From Spirochaetota bacterium (GTDB taxonomy: Bacteria > Spirochaetota > Spirochaetia > CADAEX01), in assembly GCA_009786125.1 (NCBI GenBank), contig WQTU01000139.1, positions 8,483 through 72,482 on the forward strand: DNA of 64,000 nt, in the 5' to 3' direction. The first letter of the stretch is position 1, and each line of letters begins with the position of its first letter. The notes below the pieces were generated by a model. It did not search any database and was not told where the DNA came from. It worked only from the letters and a program-made list of their open reading frames with translations. Shown one piece after another: positions 28,526 to 37,485 of this stretch. The position numbers and the translations under genes were made by a program.

Positions 28526-28819
28526 ATGGTAAATTTAGCACAAGATATAAAATCTATTTCTTACGTAAAGGCACATACTACCGAAATCGTAAATTATGTA
28601 GGGAATACAAAATCCCCTGTTGTAATTACTCAAAATGGGGAAGCAAAAGCAGTAATTATCGATATAGAAAGTTATCAAAAAACACTTAATGCAATACATT
28701 TGGCGAAATTATTGAGTTTTAGCGAAAAGGATATTAAGAATAAAAAAACAATAAATCACGAGGCTGCGAAAAAAATATTTAAAGAGACATTGGGTCGAAG
28801 AAACGATGCGAAAAATTGA
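28526..28819 (+). CDS. Phd/YefM-family antitoxin
   Basis: ...EIVNYVGNTKSPVVITQNGEAKAVIIDIESYQ is the Phd/YefM fold signature. It overlaps the downstream toxin by 14 nt. Confidence 0.7.
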   Translation: MVNLAQDIKSISYVKAHTTEIVNYVGNTKSPVVITQNGEAKAVIIDIESYQKTLNAIHLAKLLSFSEKDIKNKKTINHEAAKKIFKETLGRRNDAKN

Positions 28820-29141
28820 ATGGACACAAGATGGCGTAGATTCATTTAATGAAATACTTGAATATTACAAGAACAATGCCGGAGAAAGTGTTGCAAATAA
28901 TATATATGATAAAATAATCAAAAAAATAGATCTTCTGGAGAATGATAAAGTTAAAACAAAGCAGGTTCAGGAATTAAAGGATATCGGAATATTTGATATT
29001 TATGAAATTGTTATATATCCATGGAAAGTGTACTGCAAAATTGAAAATGACAACAAAAGCGCATATATAATGTTTGTGCTAGACGCAAGAAGAAATATAG
29101 AAGAAATACTGCTATCAAAAGTAATTGATAACAAAATATAG
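28806..29141 (+). CDS. RelE/ParE-family toxin
   Basis: 111 aa. N-terminus KIEWTQDGVDSFNEILEYY is as in ParE/RelE. It is paired with the Phd-like gene. Confidence 0.65.
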   Translation: MRKIEWTQDGVDSFNEILEYYKNNAGESVANNIYDKIIKKIDLLENDKVKTKQVQELKDIGIFDIYEIVIYPWKVYCKIENDNKSAYIMFVLDARRNIEEILLSKVIDNKI

Positions 29142-29150
29142 TCAGAGGGG

Positions 29151-29822
29151 TTAACCCAGCAGGAAGTTTTTGAATTCTTCTACAGAATTAAGGTAAACAA
29201 CGCTGTTCTCTTTCATGTAGGCTTTTATCTCCGGAATATTGTATGCCCAGCCTGCTGCTGCAACATCAACGCCTGCACTGCGTCCCATAATAACTGCTGG
29301 TTTAAGGTCATCAATTATTACAGAATCTTTGGGGGCAATTCCAAAAGCCTCAAGCGCACTTAATACAGGCCAGGGAGCTGGCTTGCGCTTAGTTGCATCG
29401 GTTGTCCAGCCAAAAATCATATCAGGAAAAAATGATTCATCTCCGCAAAACCCCTTGGCTCTGTAATCCCTTTCAATAAGGTCTTTATCTGAATGAGAAA
29501 CAACAACAACTTTTCCGCCAAGTTTTTTATACTGAATAAGCGTTTCTATAATTCCAGGGAAAAAGTCCGGAATAATTGTTTTTGCATAGTCGCGCCAAAT
29601 ATTGTATTCAATCTGGATTTCCTCATCTGTCATGCCCAATTCGCCTTTCATATATCCCATAATTCCAGGGTCAAAGTTTTTTCTAAACCAGTCATCAAGA
29701 GAAAGATGCGGGAGATGGGGGCGCATTATTTTCATAACTTCTATATGCGCCTTGTAATGAATCGAAGGAGTGCTGTCTACAGCAGTATCATCATGATCAA
29801 GAAAGATGCACTTGTATCTCAA
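29151..29822 (-). CDS. HAD-superfamily hydrolase (5-prime end uncertain)
   Basis: HAD motif I FLDHDDTAVDS is present. The track ORF extends to 29948 through a GC-rich repeat. That N-terminal extension is probably not coding. Confidence 0.55.
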   Translation of the reverse strand: MRYKCIFLDHDDTAVDSTPSIHYKAHIEVMKIMRPHLPHLSLDDWFRKNFDPGIMGYMKGELGMTDEEIQIEYNIWRDYAKTIIPDFFPGIIETLIQYKKLGGKVVVVSHSDKDLIERDYRAKGFCGDESFFPDMIFGWTTDATKRKPAPWPVLSALEAFGIAPKDSVIIDDLKPAVIMGRSAGVDVAAAGWAYNIPEIKAYMKENSVVYLNSVEEFKNFLLG

Positions 29823-29945
29823 TGTCCGCCCCTGGCAGGAACTTCCCGTTGAGCAAGCATTAGCGGGTGCGCGAAGTCCCGACTTTGAGTCGGGGAAGTC
29901 CAGCCCACAAGGCTGGGAAGGTTCCCCGCCGGAAAGCAATTTACT
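29820..29945. repeat. GC-rich intergenic element (R4-type)
   Basis: ccgcccctggcagg...gcgggtgcgcgaagtcccgactttgagtcggggaagtcc... contains the hairpin gtcccgactt/gagtcgggg. It is related to 28250-28420. Confidence 0.5.
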
Positions 29946-31785
29946 CAAAGTCTTCTCGTATAACGTCTATGGCGCTCTGTATAGCTCCAAACGGAGGACT
30001 TATCTGTATGCCTTTTACGGCTGGTTTCACCTTGGCAAGAATTTCGCGGGCAATTAAAATGCCCTCTCTTACGCCTTCCTCTTTTGTCTGAGTCTTTTCC
30101 ATCCGCTTCATAATATGATCCGGAATAGTAACGCCAGGAACTTCGTTATTGAGAAAAAGAGCATTGCGGTACGAGGCAAGCGGCCATATTCCTGCAATTA
30201 CAGGAAGCTTTGTCTCTTTTATTTTATCCAGAAAATTCAAAAGATGTTCAAAATCAAAAACCGGCTGAGTAATAAAATAATCTGCGCCAACCTCTGCTTT
30301 CTGAAAACAGCGCTCAATTTCGCGCTCAAGCCCTGTTGTTGCAGGATTTGCCCCTGCGCCAATTACAAAACTTGTTTGGCCAGCGAGCTCTTTGCCGCCA
30401 AAATCGATTCCTTTGTTGAGCCTTTTTGCGAGCGCAATAAGCCCTATGGCGTCAACGTCAAAAACTCCGGTAACGTCCGGGTAGTTCCCGATTTTTGGCG
30501 GGTCGCCTGTAATTATAAAAGCATTTCGCAAGCCAACAGCCTGAAAACCAAGCAGCTCGGACTGAATCCCTATAAGGTTTTTATCCCGGCAGCAAATATG
30601 CGGGATTGTCTCGATCCCTGCTTTTCTTTCTATTTCGAGCGCTGTTATTCCAACAGAAATTCTCGAAGAAGCGCGCGGTCCGTCCGGTAAATTAATATAC
30701 TGAATCCCTTTTTTCTTTAATTCTGCAGAGCGCTCAATAATTTTTGTTAAATCCGTACCCATAGGCGGGATGAGCTCCACTGTTGTAATCCAGCTTCCGT
30801 CAGCAAGCGCTTTTCCGAGAGAAGTGCGGTTTGCCAATGGCACCTCTTCTTTTTCCTGCACTGCTTTCTCAGCTACAGAAGTAACTTTAACTTCAGAAAC
30901 AGCCGCACCCAGGAAGAGAACCATTTTCCCCGCCTCTTTAATATGAGCCGGCGTTGTACCGCAGCATCCGCCTATAATAGAAGCTCCTGCTTCCATAAAT
31001 TTAAGCGCATAGTTACCGAAATAAGCCGGGGATGCAAGGTACATATTTCTGTTGTCGATTTCGCGCGGCAAGCCTGCGTTTGGCATAACGGCAATTGGTT
31101 TTTTTACAAAAGGTTTTATAGCCATCAGTATTTCGAGAATGTGGTCGGGACCTACCGCGCAGTTAACGCCAACTGCATCTATGGCGCTTTCTGCCTCAAG
31201 CTGCTGCGCAATGGAAGGAGCCTGCCTTTTGTATTCTTCAACATTAAAGGGACCGAGAGTAAACTGCGCCTGAACCGGTATATCCGGAGCAAGCGATTTC
31301 GCAACCTTCACAGCAAGAAGCAGCTCATCTGTTTCCCGAAAGGATTCAAAAATAATAAGGTCTATATCTTCACTAACAAGGGCAGCGATCTGGGTTTTAA
31401 ATGCTTCTTCTGCATCTTTTATACTAATCGGACCAAGAGGAGCAAGCCGCTGCCCGAGCGGTCCCGCAGAACCGGCAACATAGATATCGTTGCCCGCTTC
31501 TTTTCTTGCAAGCCGCGCCGCTGCCCTGTTTATCTCTTCTGTTCTGTTTTCAATTTGATATGTTTTAAGTTTTATTGGATTTGCGCCAAAACTGTTTGTT
31601 TCGATAACTTGCGCGCCTGCGTCGATGTAGCGCCTGTGGATATTGCCAACAAGTGCTGGGTTGGAAACAGTGACCTCTTCAAAACAGCTGTTTAGCGGAA
31701 CGCCCTCTTCGTAAAGCATTGTTCCCATTGCGCCGTCAAAAAGAACTACTCCTTTTTTGATTCTCTCAAGATATTTTATTCTCAC
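29941..31785 (-). CDS. Bifunctional homocysteine S-methyltransferase / 5,10-methylenetetrahydrofolate reductase (YitJ-like)
   Basis: N-terminal Hcy S-methyltransferase domain (VLFDGAMGTMLYEEG) and C-terminal MTHFR domain. 614 aa, as for B. subtilis YitJ. Confidence 0.8.
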   Translation of the reverse strand: MRIKYLERIKKGVVLFDGAMGTMLYEEGVPLNSCFEEVTVSNPALVGNIHRRYIDAGAQVIETNSFGANPIKLKTYQIENRTEEINRAAARLARKEAGNDIYVAGSAGPLGQRLAPLGPISIKDAEEAFKTQIAALVSEDIDLIIFESFRETDELLLAVKVAKSLAPDIPVQAQFTLGPFNVEEYKRQAPSIAQQLEAESAIDAVGVNCAVGPDHILEILMAIKPFVKKPIAVMPNAGLPREIDNRNMYLASPAYFGNYALKFMEAGASIIGGCCGTTPAHIKEAGKMVLFLGAAVSEVKVTSVAEKAVQEKEEVPLANRTSLGKALADGSWITTVELIPPMGTDLTKIIERSAELKKKGIQYINLPDGPRASSRISVGITALEIERKAGIETIPHICCRDKNLIGIQSELLGFQAVGLRNAFIITGDPPKIGNYPDVTGVFDVDAIGLIALAKRLNKGIDFGGKELAGQTSFVIGAGANPATTGLEREIERCFQKAEVGADYFITQPVFDFEHLLNFLDKIKETKLPVIAGIWPLASYRNALFLNNEVPGVTIPDHIMKRMEKTQTKEEGVREGILIAREILAKVKPAVKGIQISPPFGAIQSAIDVIREDFE

Positions 31786-31968
31786 GATTTCTCCTGATTC
31801 TTCTATTCTAATCGTCTATATTATAGAAAGTATTAAACCACAAAGCAAGTCCCGGAATGTAATGGGTGTCGTACGGAGAAGGCACAAAGGCGCGGGTTTT
31901 GTCAGAAAAAATTGAAGCAGAATTCAGCGGAAGCCATGATACACGATACAAGCCCAACGCCTAAGAAG

Positions 31969-32721
31969 CTAAAAAATCGTTCCCTCGTTTTTCTGATACT
32001 TTTTTATAACAGAAGCAAGATCGAATTTCCCATCGTAAAAAGCTTTTCCGGTAATAATTCCTGCTATCTTGCCTTTTGCGGCAGCATCTTGGGTAATTTT
32101 TTGAAAATCATCTTCGCAGCTTATGCCGCCGGAGACTATAACAGGAAGTCCGGATTCTTCGGCTATTCGTTTTGTATTTTCAGTATCCGGCCCGGATAAA
32201 GTTCCGTCTCTTGAGATGTTTGTATAAATAATACTGCAAAACCCGGCTTCTGCTGCTTTTTTGGCAAGATCACTATCTTTAAGCCCGGAACCCTCTTCCC
32301 AGCCGGAAATGCGGACTTCTCCGTTAAGAGCATCTATTCCGGCAATAAATTTGCTGCCGCCATATTTCTTGATCCAGCTTAAACATTTCTCAGGCTCTCT
32401 TGCAAAAACAGTTCCAAGAATAAGCCTGTCGATCCCTATGGAAAGTAATTCGCTAATATCTTCTTCGCTTCGAATACCGCCGCCAAGCTCAAGAACAGCT
32501 TTTACCTTTTTTCTGATGTTTGAAATAATCTTCCTGTTGTTAATGCCTTTTCCGCGAGCAGCATCGAGATCAACAATATGTATGCGTTTTGCGTCGGCTG
32601 CCTCCAGGGCTGCGGCAACAGCAACAGCGTCATCGTTATACACTGTTACCTTGCTGTAGTCGCCCTTATAAAGCCTTACGCATTTTCCGCCAAGAATATC
32701 AATGGCCGGTATTATAAGCAT
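31969..32721 (-). CDS. hisA: ProFAR isomerase HisA
   Basis: MLIIPAIDILGGKCVRL...VIVSGGIS... is typical of HisA/HisF TIM-barrel phosphate sites. Confidence 0.85.
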   Translation of the reverse strand: MLIIPAIDILGGKCVRLYKGDYSKVTVYNDDAVAVAAALEAADAKRIHIVDLDAARGKGINNRKIISNIRKKVKAVLELGGGIRSEEDISELLSIGIDRLILGTVFAREPEKCLSWIKKYGGSKFIAGIDALNGEVRISGWEEGSGLKDSDLAKKAAEAGFCSIIYTNISRDGTLSGPDTENTKRIAEESGLPVIVSGGISCEDDFQKITQDAAAKGKIAGIITGKAFYDGKFDLASVIKKYQKNEGTIF

Positions 32722-32723
32722 TG

Positions 32724-34412
32724 TTATTTTGCCACCTTATGTCTTTTTACCTTTTTGGTCGAAGTCATTTCAAGCGGGGCATCCAATATTCCTATTTTCG
32801 TTATCCACATATATTGCGGAGACTGCTTGTTGACTTCGCTTACAATTTTTTCCATTTTTGCATAAATTTCTTCTTTTGTACAATTATTTCTTAATTCTTC
32901 GGAAGGGTAAAACATTATTTCAATCTCTTCTGCTACATCGTTTTTATTTTTTAAATATCCGCGAACAAAAACCTGTTCTGCTTCGTCACAAAGCTGGAAT
33001 TTATCCTCGATTTCTTCGGGAAAAACATTTTTTCCGCCGCCTGTAACAATCAAAGATTTTTTTCTTCCTGTAAGATATAGATAATTTTCAGAATCAAGAT
33101 AACCCACATCGCCTGTATAGAGAAAACCATCTTCCTTCAAAACTTCTTTTGTGGCTTCCGGGTTTCTATAATATCCCTGCATAACAATAGGTCCTTTTAT
33201 GGCTATCTCGCCTCTGCCAACGCTATCAGGCTCGACTATTTTTACCTCCACGCCCGGGATTATTTTCCCAACAGATTTTATTTTGAAATGCTCCACAGGG
33301 TTTAACGCGGCAATCGGAGATGTTTCTGTAAGTCCATAGCCCTGAACAAAATTTATTCCAAGCTGATTATATATTTTAAATGTAGAAGGATTGAGAGGAC
33401 CGCCGCCACTAATACAAATTCTTATTGTAGAGAGAGAAGCTTTGTCGAGAACGCTTTTGAAAAGCTTTTTCCCAATATTTATTCCAAAAAGTTTCTTTAC
33501 GATGCCGCTTACAAAAAGAAGATATCTTATAATACCATATACAATGACTCCTTTTGCCCTTACTCCTTTCAGAATCCCTTTTAATACTCTGTTAAAAAGC
33601 ATTGGCACGCCAAGAAACATGGTAACTTTACCCTGTTTCAAATCCGCAAGCATTTGCGTTACAACCAGCTTTGAGCCAAAAACTATCTCTGCACCAACAG
33701 ATATTGACTCTATAAAAACAGCAAGCATTGAATAAGAGTGGTGGAGAGGAAGAATAGCATAAAAAACATCTGTGTGAAAAATATTTAAATTCATCTGCGC
33801 TAAAAGACAGTCGTTAACAAAATTTGAATGAGTAAGCATAACCCCTTTAGGATTGCCGGTTGTTCCGGAAGTAAAAAGAATTGCTGCTAAATCATCAGGT
33901 GAAACCAAAACTGGCTTATCAACAGGCTCTCCTATTACATCAAAAATATAATTTGGTTTTGCTTTCGATAATGAAAACTTTACAAAATCTTTTCCGGGAG
34001 TTATTCCTACGCCGTCGTATTTTTCTTCATCTATAATTATTATTCTGGTATCGGTAAATGCTATAAGGTTTTCCATTTCTGTTTCGAGAAACTGATAGTC
34101 CAGAGGAATTACTACCCCGCCTGCTGCAATAATGCCAAGATAAGACACTGCCCATTCAATAGAATTTTTTCCTGTAAGCGCTACAAAGTCTCCTTTTTTA
34201 ACTCCATTGTCCATAAGAGTTTTGGCAACAGCAAAAATCTTCTTTTTTGCTTCTGTGAATGACAAAATTGTTGTTTCGGGGTAAAAAGAGGTAAAACAAT
34301 TTTTATTGGGAAATCTTGCTTCGGAAACAAGAAACAGCTCCAAAACAGTAGGAAGTTTGCCGGTAAATACTTTTCCGCGAAACTGTTCCAAGTATGCAAA
34401 TGTACTATACAT
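32724..34412 (-). CDS. AMP-dependent acyl-CoA synthetase/ligase (FadD-like)
   Basis: LFTSGTTGNPKGVMLTHSNF, YGLTETSP and YTGDVG motifs are present. Confidence 0.85.
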   Translation of the reverse strand: MYSTFAYLEQFRGKVFTGKLPTVLELFLVSEARFPNKNCFTSFYPETTILSFTEAKKKIFAVAKTLMDNGVKKGDFVALTGKNSIEWAVSYLGIIAAGGVVIPLDYQFLETEMENLIAFTDTRIIIIDEEKYDGVGITPGKDFVKFSLSKAKPNYIFDVIGEPVDKPVLVSPDDLAAILFTSGTTGNPKGVMLTHSNFVNDCLLAQMNLNIFHTDVFYAILPLHHSYSMLAVFIESISVGAEIVFGSKLVVTQMLADLKQGKVTMFLGVPMLFNRVLKGILKGVRAKGVIVYGIIRYLLFVSGIVKKLFGINIGKKLFKSVLDKASLSTIRICISGGGPLNPSTFKIYNQLGINFVQGYGLTETSPIAALNPVEHFKIKSVGKIIPGVEVKIVEPDSVGRGEIAIKGPIVMQGYYRNPEATKEVLKEDGFLYTGDVGYLDSENYLYLTGRKKSLIVTGGGKNVFPEEIEDKFQLCDEAEQVFVRGYLKNKNDVAEEIEIMFYPSEELRNNCTKEEIYAKMEKIVSEVNKQSPQYMWITKIGILDAPLEMTSTKKVKRHKVAK

Positions 34413-34439
34413 AATAAAATTTCTCCTTCAAATTATCCT

Positions 34440-34540
34440 GCTGTAATCTTACTACCCCAAGAGCCGAGTGTCGCGTTGACACCGAAAGCGAGCAAACGTA
34501 GTTCCGGCGCTCGCTTTCGCGTGCTTTGCGCATAGTAGCA
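34440..34540. repeat. GC-rich intergenic element
   Basis: gagccgagtgtcgcgttgacaccgaaagcgagcaaacgtagttccggcgctcgctttcgcgtgctttgcgc shares gagtgtcgcg / gtgcttgc-like motifs with the repeat family. Confidence 0.45.
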
Positions 34541-34761
34541 TTTACTTTCCAAGCATTGAAGTCTTTTTTATATATAGTTACATAGTAAAATCTTCATGTT
34601 TAAAAAAGCATAATCCAGGACAATTATACAAACTTATTATTTAATACTATAATTTTTTCTTGCGCAAGCTGTTTTTACAACTTTTTTAAAAAATTTGTAT
34701 ACTTCAAGGAATTTAAATCAAGGTGATGAGATGCTAAATTACGTGGTTAATTTTTACAAAA

Positions 34762-35055
34762 TTATAGTTCTTCTTCGGTGTCAGCCGGGTTTTCCAGAAT
34801 GTTTTTTATATAGAATTCCAATGCTGTAAGCCTGAGCGATACGCTATCTTCGTTAGATTTGCCTGCCTGAAATGACTTTAAAACCCCGATAAGGTTATCA
34901 ATAAGACCTTTTCCTGCCTTCATGTTTAATTCGGCAGCGTCCGCACCTATTTTTTCAAGTTTTTCCATACTCGCAGGGGCTATCTTAAAAGCAGAAGAAT
35001 TTATCTCTGAGATGATTGTATTTAATTCCTGGCACAGATTTTTTACATTACCCAT
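34762..35055 (-). CDS. Hypothetical protein (97 aa)
   Basis: ORF only. Confidence 0.35.
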   Translation of the reverse strand: MGNVKNLCQELNTIISEINSSAFKIAPASMEKLEKIGADAAELNMKAGKGLIDNLIGVLKSFQAGKSNEDSVSLRLTALEFYIKNILENPADTEEEL

Positions 35056-35090
35056 GACAATCTCCTAACCTTAATATTATGATACAGACA

Positions 35091-35135
35091 TAATATAATA
35101 TAATATAATATAATATAATATAATATAATATTTTT
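35091..35135. repeat. Pentanucleotide microsatellite (TAATA)9 in the promoter region of the 97-aa gene
   Basis: Direct reading taatataatataatataatataatataatataatataatat, 36-80 nt upstream of the start at 35055. Confidence 0.9.
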
Positions 35136-35422
35136 CTTTTTTTTATGTGCACTAATTTTTTTTATTAATCCACGGCAAACGCATGAAAAAAACCAAAAAA
35201 CATGATAAAATAGCAGTCAAGAGATGGGCTATCAATGAAAAAGCACTGAAATTCCCAAAAGTTGGTTGGTTTTGGAGTGCGCTAAAGCAATTTTTTTCGT
35301 TTTTTTTGACCAGCTAAAGTTTTCCCCGACTTTCACCGGGATAAATTATAACCGGAGCAGTGCTTTATCTAAAGCTTGCTCCTCCTTCGTCGGAGTAAAT
35401 TATAGGCAAAGTAGAACTTTGC

Positions 35423-36865
35423 CTATAATTTATCTATAAGCATGGAGCATTTTCCCGAAGGTATAGGAAGCGTCTTTTTCTTAACCCCAATTATGTTAAT
35501 CGTAAAATAGTATAGTTTTTCGGACTCAAGCCTAATCTCCCAACCGCGCCCGCTCTTGTTCGCAAGAATCGTAATCATGTTGCGCTTGAGCGATAAATCC
35601 TCTATGCCCATTATTTCTATAGTAGGAACTATCCAGTCAACTGTTTTTCTTGGCAGACTTATATACAGACCTATAACATTTTCAATCATCAGTGTAATTG
35701 TACTTAAAGCTGTATAGTTCAAAAAAAGCTCTCGCGGAAAATTATCAGCCTTATTATTACTTGGCACATAACCAACCGGCGGCTTGGCAGGACCTTCCCG
35801 CATGGGAAGATACGCTTCGTAAATATTGCCTTTTTTCTCTCCCTCCAGATGAAGAGTATCGAGAATAAAATAGAGATGCCTTATAGTACATTCCCTTGCA
35901 AGATCGTTCCGCGCATATTTTTCCAGACCTTTAATAATCATAAACGTAAGATGCGAAAAAACAGAGCCGCGAAAACCATTGCCGTCTTCGCTAAAAAATT
36001 CCGAGCGCGTGGAGAGAGACGGAAAAGGGTTTTCTGTTACAAATTCATCACTTGAAAGCTTGCTAATCATGAAATTAGCTTTATCTTCGTTTGGGATTTC
36101 CGCAAGAAGAGTCCAGTAAGAAGCGATAGTTTCCACTTTTGCGAAATTGCCCTCCTCGTCAAGGTCGTAGTAGAAGCGATCCTCGGCATCCCACATAAGA
36201 GCGTTTATTCTGGTCTTAAGCGAAAAATATTTCTTTTTATACCTAAAACTTACTTCTTTATCATTAAGAATATCGCCAATAGCAGAGAGATAAAGCGCAT
36301 TTATTGCCTGCATTGCATTAAAATCAATAAGATAGCAGGCTTTTTCCCTTGGCGTATTGCCCATTACAACCGACGCAAGAGGCGTTGCGTAAAGCCCATT
36401 TTCCCTCTGAAATGTTACTTCAAGCCAGCCATAATATTTTTCAAGAGTCGGAAGTATTTCCTTTAAGCGCTTTTTAAGCCCGATTTTGTGGTAGAGGTTA
36501 TATTCTGCCCACGAAAAAAGCGGCGGATGAACCACTTCTGGATTATCTTCCCTTACAATTGGCTTGCCATCTTCTTCGCTATATAATCCTCTGATAGCAC
36601 CGGACTCTTCTTGCTTGGAATAAAAGTTATCCAGAGACGCAAAAGGAGAAAATATATTATTGCTGTAAACCAAAAAGAACGTCGAAAGACACGCTTCATA
36701 CTGACTTATATAATTACTTTTAGGGTAATTAAAGTATTTTTGCTGTAATACATTTCTTTTCGACCCTTTTTTCCAGAAATCATAAAGCCATGTCCAGGTT
36801 TTGTTATATATATCAACAAAGTCTTGATCGTAAAAATGAACAATAGGAAACCCTGTTTTAGACAC
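35423..36865 (-). CDS. Glycoside hydrolase, (alpha/alpha)6-barrel type (GH63/mannosylglycerate-hydrolase-like)
   Basis: 480 aa. The assignment rests on general composition and recalled resemblance only. Confidence 0.35.
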   Translation of the reverse strand: MSKTGFPIVHFYDQDFVDIYNKTWTWLYDFWKKGSKRNVLQQKYFNYPKSNYISQYEACLSTFFLVYSNNIFSPFASLDNFYSKQEESGAIRGLYSEEDGKPIVREDNPEVVHPPLFSWAEYNLYHKIGLKKRLKEILPTLEKYYGWLEVTFQRENGLYATPLASVVMGNTPREKACYLIDFNAMQAINALYLSAIGDILNDKEVSFRYKKKYFSLKTRINALMWDAEDRFYYDLDEEGNFAKVETIASYWTLLAEIPNEDKANFMISKLSSDEFVTENPFPSLSTRSEFFSEDGNGFRGSVFSHLTFMIIKGLEKYARNDLARECTIRHLYFILDTLHLEGEKKGNIYEAYLPMREGPAKPPVGYVPSNNKADNFPRELFLNYTALSTITLMIENVIGLYISLPRKTVDWIVPTIEIMGIEDLSLKRNMITILANKSGRGWEIRLESEKLYYFTINIIGVKKKTLPIPSGKCSMLIDKL

Positions 36866-37037
36866 CTATCCTTAACTCCTTCACCAGAGCATAGTTGTAC
36901 CATAATCAAAAATCAAAAGTGATATTTTTTACTGTTATGGACATTATTACACTAGATAATAAAATGAGGATAATAAAATATTATCAGAGAAAAGTCTACA
37001 AGTCAATTTTCTTTTTTTATTTTTTTATTGACCGACG

Positions 37038-37100
37038 AAGAGAGGGTCGCGGGCAAGCTAGCTTGCACATGACCGAGCGAGGAGGTCAAAAAAGTATTAT
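37038..37100 (+). repeat. GC-rich interspersed repeat, R2-type with GAGGAGG and AAAAAGTATTATAC tail
   Basis: gagagggtcgcgggcaagctagcttgcacatgaccgagcgaggaggtcaaaaaagtattatac. Copies at 43049-43104 (inverted) and 50344-50412. Confidence 0.8.
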
Positions 37101-37485
37101 ACATATAATACCTTTTCTCGATAAGCGCTCCTCCGGCCTTTTTAGGTGCATTTTTCCAGAAAATTCACCTTTGCTCACAATATTTCGCACTAAGGATGCC
37201 ATGTCATCCCGTTGAAAAACGGAATCCACACAATGGCCTCTCGGCTTCACGTCGCAACGAAGTTTCCAGCGAAATCGCGTGCGGCCAACTGGTAAAACCG
37301 GTGACAACCACCCTTCGGAAGGCTGGAGACTGGGATGCGAGCCATCCGCAGTGTCAGCGAGGACTCGGAGAGCAGCACAGTCGCAAGCCGCGCGATATCA
37401 CGGTCTTTGCACGATGAAAATTGATTTCCATGACAAAACCCATCTTTTAATTGTTAAAAAATAGACAATGTAGTAGTGTGAAAGC

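Noticed and set aside
37196-37430. tmRNA / RNase P / SRP RNA in the GC-rich intergenic block
   Set aside because: I could not find the diagnostic motifs (RNase P GGAAAGUCCGGGCUCC, SRP GGAAGCAGCCA domain IV, a tmRNA tag ORF with a tRNA-like 3-prime end). It is kept only as an unclassified structured element.
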